Positions 29,173 through 40,533 of a DNA stretch of 64,000 bases are shown piece after piece (the stretch's first letter is position 1; every line of letters begins with the position of its first letter). Under the pieces are notes generated by a model. It was not told the DNA's origin. It did no database searches and saw only the letters and a list, made by a program, of their open reading frames with translations. Source of the stretch: Actinomycetota bacterium. GTDB taxonomy: Bacteria; Actinomycetota; Coriobacteriia; Anaerosomatales; UBA912. A program made the position numbers and the translations under genes. The stretch spans positions 37,102 through 101,101 of the forward strand of contig JAGXSC010000010.1 in the NCBI GenBank assembly GCA_018334075.1. Reading direction: 5' to 3'.

Positions 29173-29574
29173 CTAAACTCGGCGGCGCTTGCGCGGCCGA
29201 CAGCCATTGTGCGGGACCGGTGTGCAATCCTGGATAGCAGCGATCTCCAGGCCTGCGGCCTGCAGCGAACGCACTGCTGTCTCTCTGCCTGAACCGGGGC
29301 CTTTCACAAACACGGATACCTTACGCATGCCATGCTCCATGGCTGCCCGGGCACAAGCCTCAGCAGCCATCTGGGCGGCAAAGGGGGTAGACTTGCGAGA
29401 CCCCTTGAATCCCACGGTTCCGGCTGACTGCCAGGCAATCACGTTTCCTTGTGGGTCAGTGATCGTTATAACCGTGTTATTGAATGTGCTCTTGATGTGC
29501 GCCTGCCCAACAGCAATATTTTTGCGTTCGGAGCGACGCACCCGAGTTGTAACGTTCTTCTTCTTGGCGACCAT
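29173..29574 (-). CDS. rpsK: 30S ribosomal protein S11
   Basis: ...[18 protein letters not shown]...[14 protein letters not shown]... Confidence 0.95.
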   Translation of the reverse strand: MVAKKKNVTTRVRRSERKNIAVGQAHIKSTFNNTVITITDPQGNVIAWQSAGTVGFKGSRKSTPFAAQMAAEACARAAMEHGMRKVSVFVKGPGSGRETAVRSLQAAGLEIAAIQDCTPVPHNGCRPRKRRRV

Positions 29575-29577
29575 GTA

Positions 29578-29952
29578 CTACTTGCCCTTCTTCTTGGCGC
29601 CGATTTGACGACGGGGGCCCTTACGAGTGCGCGCGTTGGTGTGAGTCCTCTGCCCGCGCACGGGAAGGCCACGACGATGGCGCAATCCACGGTAGCAACC
29701 TATCTCCATAAGACGCTTGATATTCTGGCTGACCTCTCTTCGAAGATCACCCTCTATGCTCAGGGTCTTGTCGATATACTCTCTGAGCTTTACGACCTCC
29801 TCCTCAGTAAGGTCGCGAACCCGAGTGTCACCCGAGATCCCAGTATCTCGCAGGATCAACTGGCTAGTCGTCAAACCTATACCGAAAATGTAGGTCAGGC
29901 CCGTCTCGACACGCTTTTCGCGCGGTAAGTCGATACCTGCAATTCTGGCCAC
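29578..29952 (-). CDS. rpsM: 30S ribosomal protein S13
   Basis: [25 protein letters not shown]... Confidence 0.95.
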   Translation of the reverse strand: MARIAGIDLPREKRVETGLTYIFGIGLTTSQLILRDTGISGDTRVRDLTEEEVVKLREYIDKTLSIEGDLRREVSQNIKRLMEIGCYRGLRHRRGLPVRGQRTHTNARTRKGPRRQIGAKKKGK

Positions 29953-29966
29953 TCGCCGTACCTCCT

Positions 29967-30080
29967 CTAACCTTGTCGCTGCTTGTGGCGCGGGTTCTCA
30001 CATATAACAAGGACCCTGCCGTGACGGCGAATAATTTTACATTTGTCACACATCTGCTTGACGGAAGGTCTTACCTTCAT
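29967..30080 (-). CDS. rpmJ: 50S ribosomal protein L36 (Zn-binding C+ form)
   Basis: Below the ORF-track length cutoff. My minus-strand translation from ATG 30080 is [37 protein letters not shown], ending at a stop codon. It lies between infA and rpsM. Confidence 0.9.
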   Translation of the reverse strand: MKVRPSVKQMCDKCKIIRRHGRVLVICENPRHKQRQG

Positions 30081-30138
30081 CGCTCTCCCTTTCGGTAATA
30101 CACATCTATATTCACGCCCAGCCGCAGGCGCGTACTTT

Positions 30139-30360
30139 CTACTTATACCTGTAAGTGATTCTGCCTCGTGTCAGATCGTAGGGCGAAAGCTCTACTACGA
30201 CTCGATCACCTGGGAGAATACGGATGTAGTGCATTCTCATCTTCCCGGAAATATGCGCTAAAACCTTGTGCCCATTGTCTAGCTCAACCCGGAACATAGC
30301 GTTTGGCAGCGGCTCACTAACCGTACCTTCCATCTCTATGGACTCTTCACGCTTCGCCAC
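30139..30360 (-). CDS. infA: Translation initiation factor IF-1
   Basis: (M)[41 protein letters not shown]... GTG start. Confidence 0.95.
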   Translation of the reverse strand: MAKREESIEMEGTVSEPLPNAMFRVELDNGHKVLAHISGKMRMHYIRILPGDRVVVELSPYDLTRGRITYRYK

Positions 30361-30401
30361 CAGCTATAATCTCCTCACCTCGGCTTCAGCCGCAAATGGT
30401 C

Positions 30402-30430
30402 AGTATACCTATTTCTTTTATAGTAGTCCA
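30402..30430 (-). promoter_or_regulatory. Candidate internal promoter upstream of infA
   Basis: Minus strand TGGACT-N17-TATACT in an AT-rich 87-bp spacer. Confidence 0.35.
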
Positions 30431-30447
30431 CATCATTTTTATATCTT

Positions 30448-31194
30448 TCAGGGAAGTGTAAGAATCAACGGGCCATCTCGATGTATGGCGATTGTATGCT
30501 CAAAGTGTGCCGATAAGGAGCGGTCGAGAGTTGAAACTGTCCAGCCATCCGAGAGTCCCTCGACCTCAGCTCCGCCGGCATTGACCATTGGCTCGATAGC
30601 TAGCACCATGCCCTCGGCAAGAGTAGGGCCTTTTCCTGCAACTCCAAAGTTCGGGACCTGCGGCTCTTCATGCATAGAGCGTCCGATCCCATGCCCTACA
30701 TACTCTCTGACGACTCCAAATCCGGCCTCATCTGCCGCGCCTTGAATGGCCGCCGATATGTCCGAAACCCTGCCTCCGACAACCGCCTTGGATATCCCAA
30801 GATCGAGTGAGCGCCTGGTGACCTTTATTAGCTCTTCGGCCAACGCACTGACCTCACCAACTGGAAAGGTCATGGCGCTGTCCGCGTAGTATCCCTCAAC
30901 GATCGCACCTACATCGACAGAGAGTATGTCTCCCTGCTCCAGTCTACGGGATGACGGAATGCCGTGTACGACCTCATGATTTATGGATGCACAGATAGTA
31001 GCAGGAAACCCATGGTAGCCCTTGAAGGCTGGCATTGCTCCCGCGGTGCGAATAAGCTCCTCGGCTATGGCGTCGAGCCTTAGCGTTGTAACCCCTGGGC
31101 GGACGTGCTCACCAATCGCCTGCAGCGCCTGTGCGGTTATCCTTCCCGCTTGGCGCATGATTTCGATTTCTGTGGATGACTTCCTTATGATCAC
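30448..31194 (-). CDS. map: Type I methionine aminopeptidase
   Basis: Metal-ligand motifs (DVGAIVEGYYAD, GHGIGRSMHE, EPMV) and operon position. Confidence 0.92.
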   Translation of the reverse strand: MIIRKSSTEIEIMRQAGRITAQALQAIGEHVRPGVTTLRLDAIAEELIRTAGAMPAFKGYHGFPATICASINHEVVHGIPSSRRLEQGDILSVDVGAIVEGYYADSAMTFPVGEVSALAEELIKVTRRSLDLGISKAVVGGRVSDISAAIQGAADEAGFGVVREYVGHGIGRSMHEEPQVPNFGVAGKGPTLAEGMVLAIEPMVNAGGAEVEGLSDGWTVSTLDRSLSAHFEHTIAIHRDGPLILTLP

Positions 31195-31203
31195 GGTAAA
31201 AAG

Positions 31204-31836
31204 CTATTTTCCGAGAGCGGATTTGATGCTCTCCCAAACTTCGTTTACCGATCTAGAACCATCGATCTCCCTAAGGACTCCGCGCGAGCGGTAGTAGTTG
31301 ATGAGCGGGGCGGTGGCTCTGTCATACACTGCGAGACGGTTTCTTACGGTTGCCTCGTTGTCGTCTGAGCGCTGAATAAGGGCGGCCCCGCATGAGACAC
31401 AGTTGCTACCCTCGGATGCGCTCGTAATCCTTCCGCACGCTTCGCAAGCACGTCGCGTCGTCAAGCGCTGGACAATTAGATCCCGCGGCACGTCGATATT
31501 GATCACCGCGTCCAGAGACACGCCCATATCTTCCAACTCTCGATCGAGAGCTGCGGCCTGACTTTCATTGCGAGGAAAGCCGTCGAGAACGAACCCCTTG
31601 CTCATGCCCGATTCCATAATCCGAGATTTCACAAGTCCAATTACTATGAAGTCCGGAACGAGTTCGCCTGAATCCATATAGCTCTTGGCCTGCACTCCCA
31701 AAGGAGTCTCAGCAGCAACCGCCTGGCGCAATATGTCTCCGGTGGAGATATGCGCCAGGCCCCACTCTGAAACAATCCTGGCCGACTGGGTGCCTTTTCC
31801 AACTCCCGGAGCGCCGAGCAATACGGTGTTCATCAT
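31204..31836 (-). CDS. adk: Adenylate kinase (Zn-lid type)
   Basis: GAPGVGKGTQ P-loop. The lid carries CEACG...CVSCG. Confidence 0.92.
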   Translation of the reverse strand: MMNTVLLGAPGVGKGTQSARIVSEWGLAHISTGDILRQAVAAETPLGVQAKSYMDSGELVPDFIVIGLVKSRIMESGMSKGFVLDGFPRNESQAAALDRELEDMGVSLDAVINIDVPRDLIVQRLTTRRACEACGRITSASEGSNCVSCGAALIQRSDDNEATVRNRLAVYDRATAPLINYYRSRGVLREIDGSRSVNEVWESIKSALGK

Positions 31837-31872
31837 CCCTCTTTCCTAAAATCCGTCTGTTTCAAATATCAC

Positions 31873-33126
31873 TTACTTGAAAAACCCATCGTAGTGACGC
31901 ATCTTCAGCTGACTCTCCAGCTGAGTCATTGTCTCCAAAGCAACTCCGACCATGATCAATATCGATGCCCCGCCGAACTGCTCCAGAACAGTCATATCAG
32001 TTGCCCGGAAAAGTATCGTTGGGAGAATTGCGATACCTGCAAGGAATACCGCCCCTGGCAAGGTGATGCGATTCATCACGCCCTCAATATAGCTGACAGT
32101 CGCCTTCCCGGGGCGCACCCCTGGGATGAAGCCTCCGTTCTTGCGAAGGTTGTCTCCAAGATCGATCGGATTGAACACCAGAGCCGAGTAGAAGTACGCA
32201 AAGAATACGATCAATACCGAGAAGAACGCGTAATACAACCAGCCCTCGGATAGAGCATTGCCGACTCCGGTAAGAAACGCATTCCCCGTCATCGTCGCGA
32301 GCTGAGCGGGAAAGAATAACACCGCCGAGGCGAAAATTATGGGGATTACGCCCGATCCGTTCACCTTCAAGGGAATATACGTGCCGGATCCGCCATAAAC
32401 CTTGCGGCCTATAACGCGCTTGGCGTACTGAACGGGAATCCTGCGCTGCCCCCGCTCCATCATCACCACGAAAGCAACGACTGCCAGGAAGATCACGATG
32501 GTCACCACGAACATGAGCACATTCCCAAGCTGGAGGGCTTGCCACATCGCCACAGGAAAGCGCGCAACGATACTGGCAAAGATGATCAAAGACATCCCGT
32601 TACCGATACCTCTTTGAGTAATGAGCTCGCCCATCCACATGACCAAAATCGCACCGGCCACAAGTGAGATAACGATTACCGCGTTTGTGACCACTCCAAA
32701 GCCAACACCCGATCCGGCAAGCGCGTCTCTGAACACCGTAAGCAATCCAAGGGCGTTCAGCACGGCAATACCGAGCGTTAGGTAGCGAGTCCATTGTGTA
32801 ATCTTTCGCTGTCCCGTCTCGCCCTCTTTCGACCAGCGCTCCAGCGTCGGGACCACCGCTCTCAAGAGCTGCATAATGATCGAGGCGGTAATGTATGGCA
32901 TGATGCCGAGAGAAAACACTGCAAACGTCTCGAGTGCGCCACCGGAAAACAGGTTGAGCAGCCCAAGCACTGCCTGCCCTTCGACAAGGGCTCTAACCGC
33001 CTCAATATCGACTCCTGGCACAGGAATATGCGCGCCGATCCGGTATAGCCCAAGCACAACCAGAGTGAAGATGATCTTTCGCCTTAGCTCGGGAACGCGC
33101 AAAGCGTTGGCGATTGCGGTAATCAC
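31873..33126 (-). CDS. secY: Preprotein translocase subunit SecY
   Basis: 417-aa polytopic protein with typical SecY motifs. Lies between rplO and adk. Confidence 0.95.
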   Translation of the reverse strand: MITAIANALRVPELRRKIIFTLVVLGLYRIGAHIPVPGVDIEAVRALVEGQAVLGLLNLFSGGALETFAVFSLGIMPYITASIIMQLLRAVVPTLERWSKEGETGQRKITQWTRYLTLGIAVLNALGLLTVFRDALAGSGVGFGVVTNAVIVISLVAGAILVMWMGELITQRGIGNGMSLIIFASIVARFPVAMWQALQLGNVLMFVVTIVIFLAVVAFVVMMERGQRRIPVQYAKRVIGRKVYGGSGTYIPLKVNGSGVIPIIFASAVLFFPAQLATMTGNAFLTGVGNALSEGWLYYAFFSVLIVFFAYFYSALVFNPIDLGDNLRKNGGFIPGVRPGKATVSYIEGVMNRITLPGAVFLAGIAILPTILFRATDMTVLEQFGGASILIMVGVALETMTQLESQLKMRHYDGFFK

Positions 33127-33569
33127 GGGGTTTCTACCTTTCCGCCGGCTGCAGCGATCTTGGTTGCAGCAGCAGCAGAGACCTTGTCGACCTTGACCGT
33201 CAAGGCTTTGGTGATTTCACCGTCTCCGAGTACTTTGACCGCCACTTGTCTTGACTTAATCATTCCGCTGGCAAACAAGGCATCGACATCAACGACATCT
33301 CCCGCCGAGAATTTCTCATCCAGACGTCCGACATTCACCACAGCATATGCTATGCGGAAGGGGTTTTTGAATCCCGGCAACTTCGGCAGTCGCATATGTA
33401 GCGGGTTCTGACCACCCTCGAAGCCGGGGCCCTTGCCGCCGCCCGCACGCGACAGCTGACCCTTGTTACCCTTGCCCGATCGTCCGCCGTGCCCACTGCC
33501 GTGACCGCGCCCGACTCTCTTGCGGTTCTTGCGCGACCCAGGGGCCGGAAACAGATCATGAATCTGCAT
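33123..33569 (-). CDS. rplO: 50S ribosomal protein L15
   Basis: MQIHDLFPAPGSRKNRKRVGRGHGSGHG... ATG 33569 with an AGGAG SD. Track start 33599 is over-extended. Confidence 0.92.
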   Translation of the reverse strand: MQIHDLFPAPGSRKNRKRVGRGHGSGHGGRSGKGNKGQLSRAGGGKGPGFEGGQNPLHMRLPKLPGFKNPFRIAYAVVNVGRLDEKFSAGDVVDVDALFASGMIKSRQVAVKVLGDGEITKALTVKVDKVSAAAATKIAAAGGKVETP

Positions 33570-33610
33570 TCTAATTCTCCTTCGTCCTTGTTGGCACAAG
33601 GTTTTGTTCG

Positions 33611-33793
33611 TTAAAATTCCTCAACCTTGAGCAGGTGTTTCACCTTGAATATCATACCGCGGATTACGGGTGTATCATCGTGCTCAACAACATGATTGAG
33701 CCTTTTCAGTCCTAACGCCTTGACTGTGGACTTTTGATCCTGTGCAAAACCAATTGTGCTACGTACCTGGGTGACTCTAAGCCTCTTGGCCAT
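33611..33793 (-). CDS. rpmD: 50S ribosomal protein L30
   Basis: [29 protein letters not shown]... Confidence 0.9.
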   Translation of the reverse strand: MAKRLRVTQVRSTIGFAQDQKSTVKALGLKRLNHVVEHDDTPVIRGMIFKVKHLLKVEEF

Positions 33794-33799
33794 TGGATA

Positions 33800-34309
33800 C
33801 TAATCCTCCAAACCATATATCTGACCGACGGATTTTCCGCGCTTACGAGCGACTTCCTCGGCGCTGGTAAGCGACTTCAATCCTTCGGCTGCAGCCTTGA
33901 CCATATTCAAGGCATTGTTTGTCCCGAGCGACTTCGAGAGCACATCACTGACACCCGCCAGAACCAGCAGTGCTCGGACCGGACCACCTGCGATCACACC
34001 GGTACCAGGGGCAGCGGGTTTGAGGAGAACCTGTCCTGCGCCATAGTTACCAATTATCGCGTGCGGTATTGTGCCATTGGTCAGCGGAACCTTGAACATA
34101 TTTTTCTTGGCGTCTTCGATGCCCTTCTTGATCGCGATCGGAACCTCCTGGGACTTACCCATTCCGATTCCCACGTTCCCAGCGCCATCTCCAACCACTA
34201 CCAGCGCAGTCAGAGCAAAACGCCGGCCACCTTTGACCACCTTGGAAACCCTGTTGATAAAGACTACCTTTTCTTGCAGCTCCGAAACCGGAGCCTCCCT
34301 ACGCGCCAT
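33800..34309 (-). CDS. rpsE: 30S ribosomal protein S5
   Basis: ...[28 protein letters not shown]... Confidence 0.95.
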   Translation of the reverse strand: MARREAPVSELQEKVVFINRVSKVVKGGRRFALTALVVVGDGAGNVGIGMGKSQEVPIAIKKGIEDAKKNMFKVPLTNGTIPHAIIGNYGAGQVLLKPAAPGTGVIAGGPVRALLVLAGVSDVLSKSLGTNNALNMVKAAAEGLKSLTSAEEVARKRGKSVGQIYGLED

Positions 34310-34319
34310 ACTTGGCCTC

Positions 34320-34688
34320 CTAAAACTTCAGTCCGGCGCTTCTAGCGCCTTCAGCCAGCGACTTGACCCGGCCATGATACAAACGTCCCGAACGATCGAA
34401 CACAACTTCCGATATACCTTTTTCAAGAGCTCGCCGGCCGAGAAGCTCCCCTATGATCCTGGCTGCATCGACGTTTCCGCCGCCCTTCAGCGATATGCTG
34501 ACCTGGTTGTCCAGAGATGAGCAGGCGACTAGAGTCTGTCCGGCGACATCGTCGATCAGCTGAGCGTAAATATGCATATTGGTACGCGTCACGCATAGAC
34601 GGGGCCTCTGCGCCGTTCCTGAAACCTTCCCGCGCACCCGAGTCTTCCTCCTGGCGAGTCCGGCTCGCTTTGTTTTTAGCCTATCCAT
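34320..34688 (-). CDS. rplR: 50S ribosomal protein L18
   Basis: ...[20 protein letters not shown]...[20 protein letters not shown].. Confidence 0.92.
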   Translation of the reverse strand: MDRLKTKRAGLARRKTRVRGKVSGTAQRPRLCVTRTNMHIYAQLIDDVAGQTLVACSSLDNQVSISLKGGGNVDAARIIGELLGRRALEKGISEVVFDRSGRLYHGRVKSLAEGARSAGLKF

Positions 34689-34735
34689 GGCTCACTGCAC
34701 TCCTTGAGATTGATATGCCCATCATAATTTCAGTT

Positions 34736-35272
34736 TTACTTAGCCGTCTTGCCCAGTTTGCGGCGAACCCGCTCGCCTTCATACCTGATTCCTTTGCCCT
34801 TATACGGCTCCGGCGAACGCCACCGTCGAATTTCTGCAGCAATCTGCCCGACTCGCTGCTTGTCGATTCCACGAACGGTAATTCTGGTCGGGGTCGGAAC
34901 CTCAAAAGATATGTTCTCCTCGGCCTTTACGATAACCGGGTGCGAAAACCCAAGCTGCATCTCAAGATCCTCGCCGTTCATCGCTGCACGATATCCGACA
35001 CCTACAATCTCGAGATTCTTGGAAAAGCCTTCCGAGACACCAGCCACCATGTTCGCGACAAGCGTACGCGTAAGGCCATGCAGCGCGCGGTTATCCCTCG
35101 TGTCATCAGGACGGGAGACGGTAACTACGCCCTCCTCGACCTCTATAATCAGAGCCTCGTTGAACTGCTGCGAGAGCTGACCTTTAGGACCCTTGACCGT
35201 AACCCTGTTGTTTTCATTCTTTACCTCTACCCCGGAAGGGACCGGGATGGGCTGTTTGCCGATACGAGACAC
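34736..35272 (-). CDS. rplF: 50S ribosomal protein L6
   Basis: [17 protein letters not shown]... Confidence 0.95.
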   Translation of the reverse strand: MSRIGKQPIPVPSGVEVKNENNRVTVKGPKGQLSQQFNEALIIEVEEGVVTVSRPDDTRDNRALHGLTRTLVANMVAGVSEGFSKNLEIVGVGYRAAMNGEDLEMQLGFSHPVIVKAEENISFEVPTPTRITVRGIDKQRVGQIAAEIRRWRSPEPYKGKGIRYEGERVRRKLGKTAK

Positions 35273-35304
35273 GGCGATGCTCCTTTCCTTTCAGTCCAGT
35301 CCGA

Positions 35305-35703
35305 CTACCAGATGTAAGCGATGACTTCTCCGCCAACGCCCGCTTTACGGGCCTCGCGATCGGTCATCACTCCGCTTGACGTTGAAACCACGGCAATACC
35401 AAGACCGCCGAGAACCCTCGGAAGATCTTCCTTTTTCGCGTACACGCGCAATCCGGGCTTCGATATTCTGCGAATACCGGTGATTGTACGCTGCCTTCTG
35501 GGTCCATACTTTAACGCTATCTCAAGCGTGTCCTGCGGATCGCCCGACACGACAGTATAGTCGTCGATGTATCCCTCATGCTTCATAACCCTTGCTATCT
35601 CTACCAACTTCTTAGAAGCCGGCATCGTCACCGAGGATTTAAACGCCGAGTTAGCGTTTCTCACCCTCGTCAACATGTCTGCTATTGGATCCGTCATGCT
35701 CAT
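35305..35703 (-). CDS. rpsH: 30S ribosomal protein S8
   Basis: [20 protein letters not shown]... Confidence 0.95.
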   Translation of the reverse strand: MSMTDPIADMLTRVRNANSAFKSSVTMPASKKLVEIARVMKHEGYIDDYTVVSGDPQDTLEIALKYGPRRQRTITGIRRISKPGLRVYAKKEDLPRVLGGLGIAVVSTSSGVMTDREARKAGVGGEVIAYIW

Positions 35704-35797
35704 TATTTCAACCTCCTATGGTTCAAATCCATTCCTCGCGCCGGTTCGCACTCACCCGTGGTGAATGCGCCTTCTCGCCAGGTCCTTCACACAAAAG

Positions 35798-35983
35798 CTA
35801 CCAGCTAGCCTTGCGAACTCCGGGTAGCTCACCGCGACTTGCAAGCACTCTCAGGCATATCCTGCACAATCCAAACTGTCTGTAGAAACCTCTTGGGCGT
35901 CCGCAGCGCATACAACGATTCACGGCACGAACTGCAAACCGCGGTGTCCTCTTGGCTTTGGCTATCATAGACTTCTTGGCCAC
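35798..35983 (-). CDS. rpsZ: 30S ribosomal protein S14, short type-Z zinc form
   Basis: 61 aa, with [20 protein letters not shown]. Confidence 0.9.
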   Translation of the reverse strand: MAKKSMIAKAKRTPRFAVRAVNRCMRCGRPRGFYRQFGLCRICLRVLASRGELPGVRKASW

Positions 35984-36013
35984 TACTAACCTCCTTGTGG
36001 GCGACGAGGCGCC

Positions 36014-36568
36014 TTACATTCCCTTTTTTCTCTTGAACGGAAAGGCGAATGCCTGAAGCAAGGCCCTCGCCTCATCATCACTGCTTGCAGTGGTGACAAA
36101 GGTGATATCCATTCCTCTAACCCTATCGATCTTGTCGTAGTCGATCTCAGGGAAAACCAGCTGCTCAGTCAATCCCATGGAGTAGTTGCCGGAACCGTCA
36201 AAGGAGTTTGGATTTAGTCCGCGAAAGTCCCTGACCCGCGGTATAGCCGTGGTCACGAGGCGATCAAAAAACTCCCACATTCTGGCTCCGCGCAGGGTAA
36301 CCTTTGCACCGATCGGCATTCCCTGGCGAATCTTGAAGCCAGCGATCGATTTTCTGGCCCGATTGAGCTTGGGCTTCTGACCGGTGATGATCGCGAGATC
36401 CCGCATTGCCGCATCGAGTGCCTTGGCATCTTGGGCCGCCTCGCCAACACCCATGTTAACTACGATCTTCTCGAGTCTGGGGACCTGATGAATATTGCTG
36501 TACCCAAGCTCACTCATCAGCTTGCCGGCGACTTCTTCCCTGTACCTGGTCTTGAATCTTGGTTCCAT
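36014..36568 (-). CDS. rplE: 50S ribosomal protein L5
   Basis: ...[20 protein letters not shown]... Confidence 0.95.
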   Translation of the reverse strand: MEPRFKTRYREEVAGKLMSELGYSNIHQVPRLEKIVVNMGVGEAAQDAKALDAAMRDLAIITGQKPKLNRARKSIAGFKIRQGMPIGAKVTLRGARMWEFFDRLVTTAIPRVRDFRGLNPNSFDGSGNYSMGLTEQLVFPEIDYDKIDRVRGMDITFVTTASSDDEARALLQAFAFPFKRKKGM

Positions 36569-36641
36569 CTAAAACTTCCTCCGTGTCGTGTTTATGCGCA
36601 GGATTTCCGACCCCACGCAATCACCTTTAGACCCCTGCGGG

Positions 36642-36965
36642 TCACTTGTCTATATCTGCGCCACACTTCTTGCAAACCCGAATTCGCTTTCCTTCATCCC
36701 GGCGCCGTCCAGCCCTTGTAGCCTGAGAGCAACTGGGGCAAATCAGCATAATATTGCTTATGTGGATGGTGCCTTCCATTTCAAGGATGCCCCCCTGGGG
36801 CTGAGTCCTCGTAGGGCGGCGATGCTTCTTGATCATATTCACATGCTCAACGACAAGTCGACGCTTCTCCGGGTTTACAGCCAGCACACGGCTTTCCTTG
36901 CCTTTATCCTTGCCGGCTATAACCTTTACCTTGTCGCCTTTGCGAACAAACAATGAGCGGGACAT
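36642..36965 (-). CDS. rplX: 50S ribosomal protein L24 (with C-terminal CxxC...CxxC)
   Basis: KGDKVKVIAGKDKGKE KOW motif. The C-terminus reads CPSCSQATRAG...RVCKKCG. Confidence 0.9.
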   Translation of the reverse strand: MSRSLFVRKGDKVKVIAGKDKGKESRVLAVNPEKRRLVVEHVNMIKKHRRPTRTQPQGGILEMEGTIHISNIMLICPSCSQATRAGRRRDEGKRIRVCKKCGADIDK

Positions 36966-36978
36966 TCTTACTCTCCTT

Positions 36979-37347
36979 CTATAGAACCTCAGGGGCGAGC
37001 GACACTATTTTCATATAACGCCGATCGCGCAGCTCACGAGCGACCGGGCCGAAAATACGTGTGCCCCTCGGGTTACCCTGATGATCGATGACTACAGCGG
37101 CGTTCTCATCAAACTTGATGTAGCTGCCATCCTTGCGCCGGATCTCCTTCTTTGTGCGAACCACAACGGCGCGAACTACATCTCCCTTTTTGACTGTTCC
37201 ATTGGGAATCGCCTCTTTTACAGCACAGACGATCACATCGCCCACATACGCATAGCGACGCTTGGATCCACCCAGGACCTTGATGCACGCCACTTTGCGG
37301 GCTCCCGAGTTGTCAGCTACCTTTAATCGCGTTTCTGCCTGAATCAT
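36979..37347 (-). CDS. rplN: 50S ribosomal protein L14
   Basis: [27 protein letters not shown]... Confidence 0.96.
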   Translation of the reverse strand: MIQAETRLKVADNSGARKVACIKVLGGSKRRYAYVGDVIVCAVKEAIPNGTVKKGDVVRAVVVRTKKEIRRKDGSYIKFDENAAVVIDHQGNPRGTRIFGPVARELRDRRYMKIVSLAPEVL

Positions 37348-37420
37348 TTACTTCCTCCGTCGGCATACGGCAAACCAGAGGTGCGAAAGCCAGCGGCATC
37401 GCACATACTTTGCCAGGTTA

Positions 37421-37696
37421 CTAACGTGCCTTCTCTACAATCTCGACCAAACGCCATCTCTTCAACCTAGACAGCGGACGGGTCTCCATGATCAGAACGG
37501 TGTCGCCGATTGCGCACTCATTGTTCTCATCATGGGCGTGATATTTCTTGCTACGGGTGATCATCTTTCCATAAAGCGGATGCCGCTTTCTGTCCGAGAT
37601 ACTCACGACGCAAGTCTTATCACCGGATGCGGAGACTACCACTCCCTGCCGCACCTTTCTGCTGTTGCGCTCTTCTGTCACCTTATCCTCCAACAT
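37421..37696 (-). CDS. rpsQ: 30S ribosomal protein S17
   Basis: ...[21 protein letters not shown]...[25 protein letters not shown]. Confidence 0.9.
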   Translation of the reverse strand: MLEDKVTEERNSRKVRQGVVVSASGDKTCVVSISDRKRHPLYGKMITRSKKYHAHDENNECAIGDTVLIMETRPLSRLKRWRLVEIVEKAR

Positions 37697-37699
37697 CTC

Positions 37700-37915
37700 T
37701 TACGAGGCGGCGCTCTCGCGCTGGGCGCGGAGCTCCCTCATACGAAGCTCAGTATGCAAGCGCGCGATCTCCCTCTTAATGGTCTTGATCCGCGCAGGAT
37801 TATCCAGTCTTCCTGTGGCCAGCTGAAATCTCAGGTTGAACAGTTCGGTCCTGGTCTCCTTGATCTTTTCAGCAACCTCCGAGTCGGACATTTTTGTTAT
37901 CTCAGTAACCTTCAT
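37700..37915 (-). CDS. rpmC: 50S ribosomal protein L29
   Basis: ...[29 protein letters not shown]. Confidence 0.9.
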   Translation of the reverse strand: MKVTEITKMSDSEVAEKIKETRTELFNLRFQLATGRLDNPARIKTIKREIARLHTELRMRELRAQRESAAS

Positions 37916-38341
37916 CTATCTCTCACCACCAGTATCAGCGCGCGCGACAAATTTGGTCTTGATGGGAAGCTTGTGCCGCGCAAGACGAATCGCTTCTCGC
38001 GCAATCTCCTCGGAAACGCCTGACAGCTCAAACATCACCCTGCCGGGCTTTACCACAGCAACCCACTTCTCCGGATTCCCTTTCCCTGAGCCCATACGTG
38101 TCTCGGCGGGCTTCTGGGTTATGGGCTTGTCCGGAAAGATGTTGATCCAGACCTTACCTCCACGCTTCATGTAACGTGTCATCGCGATACGGGCGGATTC
38201 GATCTGGCGATTGGTGATCCAGCCGGCCTCTAGGGCCTTGATCCCGTAATCGCCGAAGTTGATCTCCGTGCCACCCTTTGCGAAGCCCTTTCGTGAGCCC
38301 CGCTGCACCTTGCGATGTTTGACTCTTTTTGGCAGAAGCAT
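37916..38341 (-). CDS. rplP: 50S ribosomal protein L16
   Basis: [22 protein letters not shown]... Confidence 0.95.
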   Translation of the reverse strand: MLLPKRVKHRKVQRGSRKGFAKGGTEINFGDYGIKALEAGWITNRQIESARIAMTRYMKRGGKVWINIFPDKPITQKPAETRMGSGKGNPEKWVAVVKPGRVMFELSGVSEEIAREAIRLARHKLPIKTKFVARADTGGER

Positions 38342-39046
38342 CTAGCGCCTCCTTTGGCCTTCGTTACGAGCAGGCCTGGAAGGACGGCCACGCTCATTCA
38401 AGGGCTCCTGTCGAGATTGACCCGGAAGCACCTCGTACCTGTATATCCAAACCTTGACGCCGATAACACCCATCGTTGTGTGTGCCTCGGCGATGCCGTA
38501 ATCAATCTTGGCTCTAAGTGTGTGCAACGGAACCCGGCCCTCGCGGTACCACTCTCGACGGCTCATCTCAGCGCCGCCGAGGCATCCCGAACACTGAATA
38601 CGAATACCGAGCGCGCCGCCCTTCATGGCGGAAGTAACCGCCTTGCGCATCGCGCGGCGGAATGCGACTCTACCCACGAGCTGCTCGGCAACGCCCTGGG
38701 CAACAAGCACTGCGTCGAGCTCCGGTCGGGTGATTTCAACGATATTGACAGCGACCTGTCCACCCGTGATCTGCTCGATATCCTTTCTCAAGGTATCTAC
38801 TTCCGTGCCTTTTTTACCGATCACGATTCCTGGGCGCGCTGTCCACAAAGTCACTGCGGATTTGTCGCCTTTGCGCTCTATCTCGACACGCGACAAGGCC
38901 GCTCGGCGCAAGCGCTTGAACAGCAGTTCGCGAATCTTGAGATCCTGGGCAAGCGTCTCACTGTAGCCCTTGCCCTGGTACCACCTTGAACGCCAGTCCT
39001 CGGTAATCCCAAGCCTAATTCCGATAGGATATACCTTCTGTCCCAT
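38342..39046 (-). CDS. rpsC: 30S ribosomal protein S3
   Basis: [23 protein letters not shown]... Confidence 0.95.
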   Translation of the reverse strand: MGQKVYPIGIRLGITEDWRSRWYQGKGYSETLAQDLKIRELLFKRLRRAALSRVEIERKGDKSAVTLWTARPGIVIGKKGTEVDTLRKDIEQITGGQVAVNIVEITRPELDAVLVAQGVAEQLVGRVAFRRAMRKAVTSAMKGGALGIRIQCSGCLGGAEMSRREWYREGRVPLHTLRAKIDYGIAEAHTTMGVIGVKVWIYRYEVLPGQSRQEPLNERGRPSRPARNEGQRRR

Positions 39047-39049
39047 GCC

Positions 39050-39391
39050 CTACGCCTCCTTTCCTTGCTTGAGAATGATTGTTACGTGACTTGTACGCTT
39101 GTTGATACGAAAAGCACGACCCCGAGCACGAGGGCTTACTCTTTTCAGCGTTGGGCCCTCATCAACATAGGTAGCCGCAACGTACAAGCCATCCGCCTTG
39201 AGCTTAAGATTCTTCTCGGCGTTCGCTACGGCGCTATTCAGCAATTTCTCGACGACTTCCGCAGCGGCGCGCGGAGTAAACTTTAGAATTGCGGCCGCAT
39301 CTGCGACTGACTTGCCGCGAATCAAGTCCACCACGAGTCGAGCCTTACGCGGACTTACCCGCACATATCGTGCAACAGCTCTTGCTTCCAT
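39050..39391 (-). CDS. rplV: 50S ribosomal protein L22
   Basis: [27 protein letters not shown]... Confidence 0.92.
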   Translation of the reverse strand: MEARAVARYVRVSPRKARLVVDLIRGKSVADAAAILKFTPRAAAEVVEKLLNSAVANAEKNLKLKADGLYVAATYVDEGPTLKRVSPRARGRAFRINKRTSHVTIILKQGKEA

Positions 39392-39396
39392 CTTTC

Positions 39397-39672
39397 CTAC
39401 CTCTTGCCTTTCTTGTCGGCCGCATGGCCGCGGAACGTGCGGGTCGGGGAGAATTCGCCGAGCTTATGTCCCACCATCGACTCAGTAACATACACGGGGA
39501 CGTGCTTGCGCCCATCGTGTACCGCAATGGTGTGGCCGACCATCTCGGGAAATATGGTCGAAGCGCGCGACCAGGTCTTGACGACCCTCTTCTCGCCGGT
39601 CTCGTTCATCTGCTGTATTCGAGCGAGCAAGCGTGCTTGCACGAATGGGCCCTTCTTGAGACTCCTGCTCAT
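39397..39672 (-). CDS. rpsS: 30S ribosomal protein S19
   Basis: [11 protein letters not shown]...[34 protein letters not shown]. Confidence 0.95.
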   Translation of the reverse strand: MSRSLKKGPFVQARLLARIQQMNETGEKRVVKTWSRASTIFPEMVGHTIAVHDGRKHVPVYVTESMVGHKLGEFSPTRTFRGHAADKKGKR

Positions 39673-39702
39673 GATCTTCTTTCAGCTCCCTTGCGCTAAT
39701 CG

Positions 39703-40533
39703 TTATTTCTTGCGCCGACGAATGATAAGGCGATTGGATAACTTGCCTTTCGCACGCGTGCGATGACCTTTGGTCGGAACGCCCCAGGGTGATACCGGGT
39801 GACGCCCTGCGGTTTTGTTCTTGCCTTCACCACCACCGTGAGGGTGATCGACAGGGTTCATTGCGGTGCCTCTGACCGTGGGACGAATACCCTTCCAGCG
39901 AGCTCTTCCGGCCTTGCCTACAGTGATATTGCCATGATCCGAGTTGCCGACCTCACCAACGGTGGCGCGACAAATAAGGAGCACGCGGCGCATTTCGCTA
40001 GAGGGCATGCGCAATATTGCATAGTCGCCCTCCTTGCCCATCAACTGGATGGATGTCCCCGCCGAACGAGCCATGGCGGCACCCTTGCCCGGATGAAGCT
40101 CCACAGCGTGAACCACGGTTCCGGTCGGAATATCCTTGAGCATCAATGCGTTACCGGGCTTGATATCAGCTTCCGGACCACTGACCACAGTAGTGCCGAC
40201 CTGAAGGCCCTTCGGCGCGAGAATATAGCGCTTCTCGCCATCGGCGTAGTGAAGCAGCGCAATACGAGCCGAGCGATTCGGGTCATACTCGATAGACGCC
40301 ACTCGCGAAGGAACGCTGTCCTTCGATCGCTTGAAGTCAATTCTGCGATACCGACGCTTGTGTCCACCGCCCTGATGGCGTGTCGTAATACGTCCATAGT
40401 TGTTTCGACCGCCCTTTTTGTGCAGCGGCTCCAGCAACGACTTCTCCGGCTCCGACTTGGTTATCTCGGAAAAGTCCGATACCGACTGGAATCGGCGGCC
40501 CGGTGATGTCGGTCTGTATTTCTTTATTCCCAT
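39703..40533 (-). CDS. rplB: 50S ribosomal protein L2
   Basis: [15 protein letters not shown]...HPHGGGEG... Confidence 0.96.
   Translation of the reverse strand: MGIKKYRPTSPGRRFQSVSDFSEITKSEPEKSLLEPLHKKGGRNNYGRITTRHQGGGHKRRYRRIDFKRSKDSVPSRVASIEYDPNRSARIALLHYADGEKRYILAPKGLQVGTTVVSGPEADIKPGNALMLKDIPTGTVVHAVELHPGKGAAMARSAGTSIQLMGKEGDYAILRMPSSEMRRVLLICRATVGEVGNSDHGNITVGKAGRARWKGIRPTVRGTAMNPVDHPHGGGEGKNKTAGRHPVSPWGVPTKGHRTRAKGKLSNRLIIRRRKK

Noticed and set aside
34517-35317. 266-aa plus-strand ORF; similar long antisense ORFs at 12789..13454, 38315..38989, 39799..40506, 49048..49704, 52271..53047 and 21619..22233
   Set aside because: All lie entirely opposite well-supported conserved genes (rplF/rplR, atpI, rpsC, rplB, rpoC, rpoB, glmM). 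These are shadow ORFs with no independent support.
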